Positions 51,250-63,115 of a stretch of 64,000 bases of DNA are shown one piece after another. The stretch comes from Raillietiella orientalis (lineage: Eukaryota), in assembly GCA_036172245.1 (NCBI GenBank), contig JAYWIR010000028.1, positions 2,542,001 through 2,606,000 of the forward strand, read 5' to 3'. The notes under the pieces are model-generated. The model saw nothing but the letters and a program-made list of their open reading frames with translations. It had not been told where the DNA came from and did no database searches. A program made the translations under genes and the position numbers. Numbering within the stretch: the first letter of the stretch is position 1; every line of letters starts with the position of its first letter.

Positions 51250-53100
51250 AGACGCCTGCGCCATCTCGAGGAACGATGGATGGGTCTGAGAGGAAGGGTC
51301 TGAGAATTCGCATCAAGCGAGATTCTGACATGTACATCAGGACCCCAGGGACCCTCAGATCACTGGATCAGGAAATACGAGACCACGAACGGCGAGTGGG
51401 AGGGGAAGCGGAGATGTGGGGACTTCATCAAGGGGTGGGGGACATCCCGAACAAGGGAGGCGCCCTCTTTGAACTGTCAGTAGCGTGCAGGACAGAGAGA
51501 AAGCGAAATCTCGCAGTCCGAAGAAGATGAGGGTGTGGTTCACTCGCCGCGAAGGCATCAGCTTTCTCGGGCTGCAGGAAGTTGGCCGGAGAAGGAACGA
51601 TGATCACAGGAATGTCCGACCTGAGCAGCCCTGCCTGGAGGGAGAAAAGAGGCGTAAGGGAACCTCCCTCAATGAAATCCCCTTAAGGAAACAAGGAAAG
51701 AAAGTTTTGGAAGTATGGATCGAGAGACGAGGAAGGAGAAAACCAGCACTTCGAGATGGAACAGAGATGCGCGCGCCGTGATGTGAAGAGGCGCCGAAGC
51801 CATGCTGCCCTAGGGAAAGGTCTCAGGGTAGGATGAGAGGCGGGGTTTCGTCTGTAAATCTTGGAGGCAGTTTTTGGTCCTAGGACCACGGTCTCGGCCT
51901 CGGAAGTCGACGGCTGCCCAAGAAAGGAAGCGCGCCTTCTTTCTCTTGCGTGGTGCGTTTCGTTATGGCAGAGACGGTCACCTGCATCCTTTCAGGCAAC
52001 CTGGCTGAGCAGCGCCTCAGCAGGGAGTCAGGTATCTATAAGATGAAGCAAGATTGCGGTAAAACGCGAGGAAGATGATTCCAGAAAGGGCACATGATCT
52101 GACGAAGCGAAGAGAGGCAACAGTTGTCTTCCTCTAGGTGGGAAGGAAAGAATCCTTCCCACCTAGAGGGAATGAGGGAATGAGGGAATCGCATTCCCTC
52201 ATTCCCTCTTCTTCCCTTTAGGCTGGTGGATCAAGGCGGTGGAGATAGAGGAAGAGGTTCCTCAGGACGTGAATGTGGGATGCGGAAACCACGAGCAGCT
52301 CGGAAGAAAGGATGGCAAGAAGAGATGTGAAGAAGCCTGGGACGACCGGCAGTTCTACAGCAGCATTTTCCGTCGACTCGTCAAAGATGGCGTAGGGGCC
52401 ATGCCTTCAGTGCTTGGGTGCCATGGCGATGTATCCTTTAGAGTGAAAGATGTGAATCCATTGAAAGATGAGAAGGTAGCAACCAGAACCTTTCAGAGAT
52501 GCAAATCCACTCACCTTCCTCCCCTCCTTCTCGAGCCGATTGTGGTGGCGCGTGGAATTCCTGCGTCAGCCGCCCGAAGAAATGAGAAAGTTAAGGGCGC
52601 TCTTGGTTCTTTCCGCTTGCTGACAGACAGAAGAGATGTGCATCCGTTCCCTCAAAATCGCAGCATACAAGAAGACGTTTGTTCTCGAGATGCGATTAAC
52701 TTTCAAACGCATGTCTGCTGCAACACGAAAGGCAAGTTCGTGTGGGCCACGGCGAGTACCAACCTCGTCGTCGCCTGCCGATCCGAATTCCCGCGATGTG
52801 AGGGAGCAATACCCTCCATCTTCCACTGAAGTGTTCAAAAAGAAAGCACATTGGATGACCGGAATAGAAATGCTCTTCATTATGGACCATCGGTTTGATT
52901 TCCTTGCTTCTTCACTCTTACCTGCACGTGACAACGAATGCTCATCCAGCATAAATGGGCACGCCCACATGCAGCACTCACATGAAAGCGGAAAAGGGGA
53001 TGGAAGAAGAAAGAGGCAACAGCTTCCTCCTGATCTGAATACCAGAACGCTTCCTTTGATGGAAAAAAAAAGGAACCTGAAAACTTATTGATAATTGACT
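51250..53100 (+). mobile_element. Decayed L1/Tx1-type LINE ORF2 (APE endonuclease to RT)
   Basis: GISFLGLQEV (cf. IDIL.LQET), QFYSSIF, IRSLKIAAYK..MRL (cf. RPISL...YK..RL) and MDHRFD (cf. D..KAFD), in order. Confidence 0.45.
52131..52208. repeat. Two adjacent perfect inverted repeats (17-bp and 16-bp stems)
   Basis: CCTCTAGGTGGGAAGGA/TCCTTCCCACCTAGAGG (52131-52169) and GAGGGAATGAGGGAAT/ATTCCCTCATTCCCTC (52174-52208). Confidence 0.95.
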
Positions 53101-53799
53101 AATGGTTCGCCCGATGTTGCAACGAGATGTGCCCTCAGGATGCGAATAACCGTAATCAAACGAATGTCGACTCGTTTGTTAGATCACAAAAAAGCTCGGC
53201 TTCCGTGGCGGGCGTCTTCATCGTCGAAATAGCTGGAAGGGACGACCTCGTGGGTGCGAAAGTTTGGATGAGTCTTTGTTTGGATGAATTTGTTTCACGT
53301 CTTTGATGTCCATGCAATCTTGCACAACACTCGAGACAGAAAGAACACTCATTCAGGAGGAAGCAGAAGGAAGGAACACGCAGACTTTGCTAGCTGCTTG
53401 CGAGTTCACAACCTGCTATGCTGGCAGATCCACAGCATTGCCCGGCACTCCAAGAAAGACCGGGAATTTTGATTAAACCTTTGTTCGTCCATTTAAAAAC
53501 AAAAAACATTTTCCGGATAATTTTTTTCCTTCTTGGTTTTCTTCTCGGAAACTAAGAGCTTACACAGAGGAATGTTGCAGAAAGAGACTTTCTGATGGTT
53601 AGAAATAATAACGAGCTCTTTCACTGTGTTCGGCTGTTGGTAGAAAGGCATTCCAAGTCCTGCATCATTTCTTTAATTGGATATTCTGATGTCTATTGGA
53701 TTTTTTGACGATTCCTTTTCTTCCCATGCGTATGAAATGCCAGGGAAAATGGCCAGGAATTCCAAAGGAAGACGCGCTTAACTGTTATGGGCATCCCGG

Positions 53800-54700
53800 A
53801 TCGCTACAGGAACTTCGCCCACTCTGCACCTGAGCACGAAGAACACCGCTGTCATTCGAGGAGGCACAGCTAACGAACCCAGATCTTGAGATGAAGGCTG
53901 CCTGCGTGGCTGCAACTCATCTCCTCTGCTGGCCGATCACAGAAAGTCGTAGGAACTATTCAGAAGACTGAGACGTATGGAACGTGGAAGCTCGAAACCT
54001 TTGGTCTGAACATGGAAGCTCTAGCAAAAAAAAAAGGAACTGCGACGAACTTCAGATGTCCTGCTCCCTTCCTTTGCAGGGAGGAGGTTAGGAAGTTTAC
54101 TGAAGGGAGCCAGCTGTGGATGGCACAGGGATAGCCAGCAGCAGAGGATTCCAAGATAGTATCTGGGGAACAACCATCTTAAAGCAACTTCCACTCGAAG
54201 ACACATTTTCCTCGCGAACAGTGACATCCTGTCTGGAACTTTATGCAGACTCTTCGGAGATTAGCGCCCTTTGCATCAAAGTTCGGAGCGGGTGTCAATG
54301 ACTCTTGAGGTCGCGTGAAACTCAAGAGATTCGCTTAGACTGAATCAGTGTTTCTCAGGTGCTCAGAAGTACTGAATCCACCTCGGTTCTTCCGTCAATA
54401 CGGAAAATTTCAAAATTTGCAGCCTGAGGCAAATTCAAGGAACGCCCGGAGGTGAACTTCGAGGTCAGTCTCCGAGTTGCCGAGGTTTTCTTAAGAGGAT
54501 CCAGATATCCCAGCGGGTATTCCTCCACGATTCGGAGCTCCAGCAGAAACTCGGCTTTCCCTTTAGGATTCCACCGCTGCTTGGGAAGACTTCCTGGCTT
54601 TCGTCTCAGAATTTCCATCCTGAGGTTGCTCTTCAAGACTCTACCATCTTCACAAAGTATGCATCCAGGAGAGATTGTGCGGGATAGAAACCACTACATT
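53800..54700 (-). mobile_element. Possible decayed Gypsy RT fragment
   Basis: LLELRIVEEYPLGYLDPL (cf. LL..GII....S.W.SP); weak. Confidence 0.28.
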
Positions 54701-54749
54701 CCGAAAATTCCAGAATGATCTGCTTAGATTTTTTCCTGTCCATATTTGA

Positions 54750-55670
54750 AAGAGTTAAGATAACAGTGATGTTGATAACGGATGCTTCACCATTGTCCCC
54801 AGGACGTGGGGTGAATTGGTAGGGTGAATTTATTTAAAATAACTGGTATACATAGCAACAGCAGTTAATCAATCACAACAGACAGGTCGTCTTTGTTATC
54901 CAAACTTTGCTTTCCACTGCAGCGCGTGCCATTATTCCAAGTCAAGTCCGGCTTCGGACACTGGGTCATTGGGTTCTGGTCACCAGGGAATTTGAAGCAT
55001 TCTGTTCACCCGGAAAGATGTAGCGATACGTCCAGGCTGGTATTCGGTTACAGTTCCTAATGCCAATCTGACTCTGAATGACTCCTTTGAAGATTTCTAT
55101 GGCAGACGCTGCTCTTCCTGTTTTCCGTAACTTTGCCCTAATCATAATGCTTGTAAAGAGGGTGATCGCTGTACGTACCATAGTATTGTATCGGAGAACG
55201 TTGCCATCCCTTTCAAACAATCCCGTGAGGATTGCCATCTTGGAGTTCGTCTGTTGCGGACCTGTCATTGTCTTAAGCGCTGTTCGGTCCTTGCACAGCG
55301 TTGGACGGGTGAATACTTGGGAGTTGAATTTCCATGACCCGACATGCCCTGCAAAGCTTATCCTAGGTGTTGCTCGTTTAGCATGTGGTCCAGGAATCAC
55401 TCAGGACTCCTCCGTGGCAAAACATAAAGAGGTCATCCTGAGTGTCCGATAGTAGGTCGCTCCTCCAGACTCTCTCCATCCACTCGCAAGTTTATGTTTC
55501 GGATCCCATGGCTGCTGGCATCCATGAAAAGGACGCCATGGTTTCCGTTTTTAGTGGAAACGAGTTCCCGGAGGACCTTCTTGATTATTCCATACCACGC
55601 GTAGTTGTCGTGGTTTTTCCACGATCTGCGTGTCCTGCTAGTGAAACATCGTGTTCTTTGTTGGCAGTAG
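54750..55670 (-). pseudogene. Degenerate elongation factor 1-alpha-like (translational GTPase) pseudogene
   Basis: Collinear across frameshifts: KEH..AGHADRGKTTTT (P-loop, 55612-55659), FLDHMLNEQ, SWKFNS, LKTMTGPQQ, LTGLFE, PAW, PGDN..V.NI.V; cf. eEF1A GHVDSGKSTTT, VLDKLKAER, LWKFET, IKNMITGTSQ, TGEFE, SGW, PGDNVGFNVKNVSV. Confidence 0.62.
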
Positions 55671-55949
55671 TAGTGATGCAGTCGCATTTTGTGGCAATAA
55701 CCACTGATGGTGAACTGTTCCGTTCGCAGTCCCGTATGGTTAGTCGGGGCCTTTGGTGAATCCATGTCTTCATTCGCATGGGATGTTCAGGAAGCAAGGA
55801 ATCACCAAGGCCGGTTGTTCATTCCAAGGGTCTTTTACTGCGCGAGGGTTCTTCATCATCGTCTCACTGCGCCCAACCTCTTCTTCGGGCGAGGCAGGGT
55901 CCGTTGTTGTTCTTGCGTTTACAGTTCAGGAGATTCTGCGCGCTCGAGT

Positions 55950-57100
55950 TGGAACTCGTGATTGTGGCTGGACTACGCTTCCTCCTCCAGAAGGTGATCC
56001 CTCCATGTCGCCGAAGCGTTGCAGGCAGTCATGTTAGTCACGCACAACCTCCTCGTCTGCTCCTCCGAGGTCCTACACTCCGACACCCTTGAGGATGCAG
56101 CTCGAGGGTGCCGTCGCCATGGAGCTCTCTCATCGTGATCTCAGGTCGCAACAAAAGCTTGTCCTTTGGTTCAGCCACCGGTCGCAGCGATCCAGGTTTC
56201 ACAGGAGAGAACGGGCTACAACCCACGCTTAGAAACCGTTGCAAGAAAAACATAGACGAGTGTTGTTCGTCCTTCGGGAAAAGATCAGCCTCGCGTTCCG
56301 AAATCCCAGACTCTTCCAGCGCCCTCGTTTCCTTTACCCGTGGACAGAAGAGAGAAGCTGGACTTTCCGGCCACGTGACTGCCGACCGCCGCGAATCGAG
56401 GCCGGAAACAACACTCTGGTGGCTTTCGGAAAACCCCTGAGAGTCTGCATGCAGTCGCGGAGATGGGTGTTGCTCGCTCTCACGATACGATACGTGGCTC
56501 ACCGAAGGAACCTGAAGATGATCGGCCACTTGTAGCACCCTGCATATGGATAATCTGGAGGTCGTTCTTATCTCAAGCAAGGCGGAGGTAAAGATCCCGC
56601 ATCCACGTGTACACCTACAATTACGAGGGTGTGGACCTTCGTGGCTTCCAGCCCGAAACGAGAGGGCGACCGTCACTGCATCTCGTCACGAGGCATGCTC
56701 TGCCCTCACCTCCGCGCTCCTCCCACCGGAGAGATCCTCTGCACGCCTTGGCATGGACCGCCGATTCCCCCGGAATTCCCTCCGACACACGGGAAGCGAT
56801 CCGCCCGCCAATTCGCTAGCGTGTGGATCATTCGAATCTGAGCCACCCCACTCCCCTCTCGGAGATTCCTCGCACGAGATCCCATCATCCTCTGCCATGG
56901 GCGTCCCTTGCCCCTCAGCGAGGCGGCGGCTGCTGCTTCGATTCGCCTCTTCGGGAACTTCGCGTGCGCAACATATACCACCATCGCCCATCCTTGTCGA
57001 TCTCTTCGGTGCAGTCCTCGCCGTGGGATCCCCACACGCGCGCGCGCGCTTCCTTCCCGGACTACCCCTCCCTGTCGGTCGAAGTGCAGGGGCTCTCCGG
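55950..57100 (-). mobile_element. Decayed BEL/Pao reverse transcriptase fragment
   Basis: EEIDKDGRWWYM, RIEAAAAASLRGKG, CTRGCGIFTSALL, LHAD (YVDD position) and TMRELH..LHPQG (cf. TKRELL..FDPLG), in order. Confidence 0.42.
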
Positions 57101-58861
57101 GGAACTCGTCCGGTTAGTCCCGGACGTGTTCCGACATCCGATGGCTTCGACCAGGTCTATCCTTGGTCCTGCCTCCTTTTATTTCTACGTTTACTGCACC
57201 ATAAGTGCCTCAACGTGAGCAGGTGGGACAAAAACGAAGGTCGATGTCGTTCTTCCCATCCGGTGGCGCCCGAGAGCTGCTTTGGGACTGGATGCTCACG
57301 CATCTGGTATTCAATGAGTAACTGGTAAAGGCGGTGACCTGACACTGGAGGAAGAAGAGAAAAACGGCCATTTTGCTATAATCGGGGAAAACCCCATCTT
57401 CTCCGAGCTGCACAGCAGTCACTCACCGCCTACATCTCATTTACCAATTGGTAACGGAGATCGATAGCTGCTCCCTGGTCGATAACATGTCCGATACCGA
57501 GCACTTTCGGTAAAAGAACAGACCACGTGCAGCAGCAAAAGAACTTCGCTCCGCACTTTAAACGGCTGAAAACGAATACTGTTCACGAACGCGGAAAAAA
57601 GAAAAAGAAAAAAAAGCAAAGAGGACCTCGTGAATGATAGGGTTCAATCACGCCTGGGAGAGAGGTCACAGCTTGAGCACGGAGCGCTTGAAATGGAAAG
57701 CCATCTTCGATACGAGGCCAGTCATCGCAAATGTGGAAAGCGTGGACCATGGAAACACCCAGGCAACGCGTGGTGTGTGTGGTTCTGCTGCCGAATTTCG
57801 CCCCTCGTTTCATCTCAAATTCAAACCGGACGGGCATGTTTTTGTTTTCTCCCTTCTTTCTTTCCTTTCTTCTTTCCACTTCCTCGACAGAAATTCGGGA
57901 AAACGAATTCGAATCGCTCGAGGGGAGTGACTCTCGTTGAACCGAACACAACCGTGCAACAGTTGGGAAGCGCCAGTTTTCTGATCTTCAGAACACGATT
58001 CCAGCCTCTTTAGCAGCCCAGGGAACGTGAAGGAAAAGGTGAACCCAAAACAACTTCGTGGGAACGGTGCACGTTATGGACAAAAAGTCCGCGCACACTC
58101 GCGGCGAGCTGTGCAGCTTCAGTACGAATAAAAAGTTTGAGCAAAAATTTCACCGGAAATGCAAGCGGTCCTGCCGTTCCCAGAAAAAGAAAAAAACGCC
58201 TGCGTAAATAAATAAATAACACAGACCGGAAAGTTTCGTTTAAAGTTTTAAATAAAGTTTATTATAAAACTTAACCATCAATGTACAACGATTTAATTTA
58301 AGACGACGAAATCTGGAAGAACTCTCTTTCGTATAAATAATACCTGAATCTGCAAGTTTACTCTGGAGTAATGGCACCGCTCGTGAAAGGGAAGAAGAAA
58401 AAGAAGAAAAAAAAAAAAAAAAAAAGGACAAAGAATGTAATGATTTTCTTCTTATGAATCGATCGTTACTCCGAGGCGTATATAAAAAAATAAAATCATT
58501 CTTTGGTATGAAATTTCTTGAAAAGGAAAACCTTCCGTGATCGGCACCGGATGTTTGAAAAGGAATTTAAAAGATGGTCAGCTAAGCACTTTAAGAAAAT
58601 TCCTCGTGGGCTGCACTGCTGCTCATTCGTTTTCTTCTAAAACGGGAAAAGCATTTTGCAAGTTACGTACTCTGCACTTATAGGAAACAACGACAAACCT
58701 CTGCACCGCTGTAGCGTTTTCGGGTTCACACTGCAGTTCCGAGGGCGATAAGGAAGCCCTGAAAAAAAGGTGAGAATGATTTCAGAACCTCCTAAGCAGA
58801 GGCCAGCTAGGTCTTTTTGGGTCAACGTGCAGCGCGAGGGAAAACGTCCAGGATAACTTAC

Positions 58862-59646
58862 CCATCTTCCAGAGAGCTACTTTCCACATCATCATCTATG
58901 TCTTCTTCCATCAGAGCAGACTGCAACTCTTCGATTCTCCTGAAGGCCACTCGTAACTCGGCTTTCGCGGACGCGACTTCGGTTTCCAGGATCTCGGTGA
59001 CCCTGTCCCGCTCCTGCTTCTGGTAGCTGATGTCGGACTCTCTCGCCTCCAAAAGGGATATCTTTTCCTGCAAGTCCTGAATCTGGCGCGTCAGCCTCCT
59101 CTCGTTCTCCGCAAGCTTCTGCTCCTTCTGGCGATGGGTTTCACTTTCGGAATTCATGCGCGAGATCACATCCTTCAGCCGAGAAATCTGCGATTCGAGG
59201 CGACTCCTGGTGGTGTCCTCCAAGGCGAGTTTGTTCTCGAAATCGCGAAGCTTCAGCTCCAGGCGCTGGCTGTCTTGGGAGGAGATCGAGTCCGCTACCT
59301 TGTCCTGCAGGCGGCAGGACATGTCGCTCAGCTGCTCTCTTAGAGAATCCCTCTCGGATTCCAGCTGGGCGAACCGGGAGTTCAAATCGCCGACAAGCTC
59401 CTGGTGTTCCGACAACTGCTGCACGGAACCACGATACTTTTTCAAAACAGACGTGAGCTCCTCTTCGTTTTCCTCCATCTGGACCTGCATCGCATTCTTC
59501 TCTCGCATGCAACGGCTGAAGCGCTCTTCCACTTCCTTCTTCTGCTGCGTGACTTCGTCGAGTTGACTTTGAAGAGCCTGCAGCTCCATTTTCACCGACT
59601 GTTGCATCCGCAGAGCCGCTGCCTTTTCCAGCTCGGCATCTTCCAG
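58862..59646 (-). CDS. Unconventional myosin XVIII (Mhcl/MYO18-like) coiled-coil tail exon
   Basis: LEDAELEK..QMEENEEELTSVLKKY..RLELKLRDFENKLALEDTTRSRLE..ELRVAFRRIEELQSALMEE matches the myosin-18 tail. CAG acceptor at 59649-59647. Ends at a GTAAGT donor (58861) or, if unspliced, at TAA 58860-58858. Confidence 0.92.
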
Positions 59647-59689
59647 CTGGATGCAACAAAAATTGATTTCCACGGCCTCCTTCGGTTAC

Positions 59690-59831
59690 CTGATTCTTTA
59701 GCTGCCTGACCAGCGCTTTGTTCGAAAGATCGGTCCTGTTTGCTTCTGCCATCAGCTGCGCATCCCGCAGGAGTGCTTTGACTTGCTTCAGCTCCCTTTT
59801 AAGGCGAGCGATGTACTCCTCGTTGCCAGAT
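59690..59831 (-). CDS. Myosin XVIII exon
   Basis: SGNEEYIARLKRELKQVKALLRDAQ..KALVRQLKNQ; flanked by AG/GT; phases consistent with both neighbours. Confidence 0.92.
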
Positions 59832-59876
59832 CTGAACCGAGGCATCAGGACACATTGATCTCGGGACGAACATTAC

Positions 59877-59982
59877 CGAAACGATTGGTCTTCCAGTTCG
59901 AGCAGCTTCCTTTCCAAACTGTGTTTTTCACGCAGAAGCGCAGATCGCTCGTCCAATTCAATCTCCAGTTGGGCCTCCAAAG
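59877..59982 (-). CDS. Myosin XVIII exon
   Basis: (A)LEAQLEIELDERSALLREKHSLERKLLELEDQSF(R); AAG acceptor, GTAATG donor; phase 1 to phase 2. Confidence 0.9.
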
Positions 59983-61834
59983 CTTTGGGCAATACAGAAT
60001 GTCATGAAAACAATAACGCATTGATCGTGGACATTAACAACGAGAACAGGCATTCTTCCATTTTTAAGCCTTTTGCCTGCAGCTCGGGACGAACCGGGAA
60101 GAAAGAAAGAAAGAAACCCGGAAGAGATGCTGGACTGCCGGATCCAGAGGAACGTCACATCTCGAACAACGCTTCATCTTCCGCGGGTAAATGATAAACT
60201 CGCGTACATCACCATCGTCAAACAAGAGGAGACTGCAACAGCAGTTAAGCTTGCAGCGTAACCAAAGATATGCTTACCAAGTGAAACGAGAATGAGAGAA
60301 ATAAGGGCAATCTTCAAAATTGAAATCGCGTATTTCTTGCCGAGCGTATTACAGTATATGTACTTTTCATTACAGAGCGTCCCGTATCGAACAACTTACT
60401 TATTCCCGACAAGGGTCTGAATTGGGATTCGCACGATGAGGGAAGCTGAGCAGAGTGTATGAGCTCACGAGTTACCTTCTGTGCCGTGTCGACAGATGCA
60501 GCAGCACGAGCTGCGCTGTCGGCAGTGCATCCCCGCCCAGGCAGACTGATTATGTCGGAGATTTGAAAAGTCGAACTGCCCATCAAACTGCGGCTTCGAC
60601 ACGAATTTAGAGATTCTTAATTTTTTTTCTCCATCCGCCATACAATTCCGCCATATGCCCTTAGCATTAAAATTATACCTCTTAACTTGTGCAACGCATG
60701 AATACATGGACCTGCGTCCTCAACAACATCAGCTAAACACTACGTGTCCCAACACGAGAAGACTGAGAATTATGGACTGTTTGCATTTTCCATATGAAGC
60801 TGATCGAGAACGATTAATTAGGAGTGACTGCTTTCAACCGAGGTTCACGGGTAAAAAAAACACAAGAGCGGGAAAAAAAAAAAAAAAAAAAAACAGCCAT
60901 TTCGGCTAAGTGTCAGTCGTGTGAAAGTGGAAACGACCGTCAAATCGCGAATAAGAATAATGAAAAATTGTTCGTATCCGTGGGCATCAGATTAGGCAAA
61001 TTGTCTGAACAGCTTGAGCGACCTTCCGACATTACGACGAGTAGGAAATGCATGCGATTGATTTCTTTCGTGTGCTGTGGGAACTATCTGAGCGCCGAAA
61101 TGACCTTTGCTTACACGATAGTGGTCGGGGAATTCATCACCGTTACACGAAAATCCACACATACAAACGGACTTCCAAGATGCAATTGATGCAGTGGATG
61201 ACGATGATGATGATGATGATCAAGTGACCTGCAAAATCCCAATGCAGGAGTGGCGAATACGCATGGCAGGAATACGTTTCGATCGAGAGAGTGAATTGGA
61301 ACCAATTCTGCGATTCGACCGAACATTCGAGAACAACTGCGATTTTTATGTTGGAACATCGTCCAAGGGAGACTGAAGATTCGGGCGCACTCTTCGCGGC
61401 CGGCAAAAGGCAAATCCCGGAAAAACTGTACAAAGAGAGTACAACCCCGCACGAAAAGTAATAAACGATGGAATGCATGGGAACGTCCAGCAAGGCGCAT
61501 TTTCCTGTACGTGGTGGCTGTGGACGTTAAGCCACGCGCAGACTGTGGACTGCATGAGGGTGGGGGAATGCAAATGGAAACGGAGGACTCTATAATGGTG
61601 TAAAACAAAAGGCTGCCAACTGTATCTTCCGGTGATAAAACAGAATGGTTATCTCTGATATCTGTGGGTAAATAAAGGTTGGTACGGTTCTCGCCATTAC
61701 AAGCTGAACTCTTTCTATAAATTAGCGAACGTACGCGTTATTTATTTCAGCACGTCGTTGCAAAGTGTCCAACCGCGTTGTGCACATTTGTCGGCAGACC
61801 CCCACACAAGGAAAGTTCACGGATGAATACGTAC

Positions 61835-62000
61835 CTTTTATTTTCTTCGAGTAAGAGCACCGTACCTCTTCTAACTCATCATCCTTTTGAGCTATTTCTT
61901 TTTTGTGTTCCCTTTTTTGTTGTTCGAAATTCATCTCGAGTTTTAATTTCGCCTGCTCTAATAATTGCACTTGACCAGCCAGGTCGTCCAGCTCTTCCTC
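61835..62000 (-). CDS. Myosin XVIII exon
   Basis: EEELDDLAGQVQLLEQAKLKLEM..DDELEEVR..KKIK; TAG acceptor, GTACGT donor; 166 nt. Confidence 0.93.
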
Positions 62001-62251
62001 CTATTGCAAAGTTAGGAAAATATAAACTTGGGCGTCAACCAATAACAACCTATTTTACAAAAAGAAAAGGAGCAACCATTCTGAATGCTTTTTGACTCAA
62101 CTAAAAAAAGAGAACTGTGCAATGTGTACAAAGGAGATGCATTAAGAGATGTAAAAACAGTAACGAATGACGTTGAAATTTCGGAACCAAATTTCTTGTA
62201 GGCAATTAAACAACCAAAATTAGTGAACGGCCGTTCCGGAATTCGATTTAC

Positions 62252-62401
62252 CTGATTCTTCATCCGGGATTCCAATTCCAACTTTTGTTTTCTCAGAGCA
62301 TTGATTTCATCCCCACATTTACTATTGTAAATCAGTTCCTCTAATTCCTTTGCTTGTGCTTTCAGTTTCTCATCCTTTAGGTTGGCTTCGGATCTGGCAT
62401 C
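62252..62401 (-). CDS. Myosin XVIII exon (gene continues upstream, apparently beyond the window)
   Basis: DARSEANLKDEKLKAQAKELEEL..LRKQKLELESRMKNQ; CAG acceptor, GTAAAT donor; 150 nt, phase 0. Confidence 0.88.
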
Positions 62402-62427
62402 CTGGAGGATGAGAATAAAAAGGAAAG

Positions 62428-62431
<4 letters not shown>

Positions 62432-62463
<32 letters not shown>

Positions 62464-62516
62464 GCACGCACGCACGCACGCACGCAGACGCACACGCACG
62501 CACGCACACACACACA
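62432..62516. repeat. (CA)n/(CACG)n compound microsatellite
   Basis: Seen directly. Confidence 0.98.
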
Positions 62517-63032
62517 ATGCAAGACTTTTTTCTACCCCCTTGATTGGAGCGTTTCCTTGACCGATCGTTTGGGCACAACGAATATGTACTGTGGAAACGA
62601 ACACAGCTGAATAAGTTTCATAAAAATTCCCGTTCCGTAAGGGACCCGTAAGGGTTCCGTAAGGGCAAAAGAGGCGAACGTGCTGCGTAATGCCTGGAGC
62701 TTCAAATTTTGGTTTCAAAGGAAGCGTTCCACACTTCAGGAAGTTGTCTACAACAAGTTCCCCGTATAGATCGACAGCTTCTCACATTATAGGTGGCTCG
62801 AACCTTTCTTTGGACACGAAGGACACGCAACTGCACGAATGCACTAAGAACACTATACTCAGCTCTCACCGACTTGTTAGGACGTCGACAAACCGCGTGC
62901 TTCTATGCCTTGACAATAACCAAAGGGGAAAATCTAAAAGCCATCAATGAAATCAAATGACAAAGGAATCAGAGATCCATCAGCACGTGTGAACTTTGCT
63001 AAAGTAAAATTTGTATGTATGTATACATATGT

Positions 63033-63034
<2 letters not shown>

Positions 63035-63110
<76 letters not shown>

Positions 63111-63115
63111 GAGAG
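63035..63115. repeat. (GT)n(GA)n compound microsatellite
   Basis: Seen directly. Confidence 0.98.

Noticed and set aside
52690..52760. PIF/Harbinger transposase-like INFQTHVCCNTKGKFV
   Set aside because: Isolated motif; the overlapping frame fits collinear LINE RT motifs better, and there are no TIRs.
57340..57430. GTGAGT..pyrimidine tract..CAG intron-like signal on the minus strand
   Set aside because: No recognisable coding exon on either side; cannot support a gene without transcripts.
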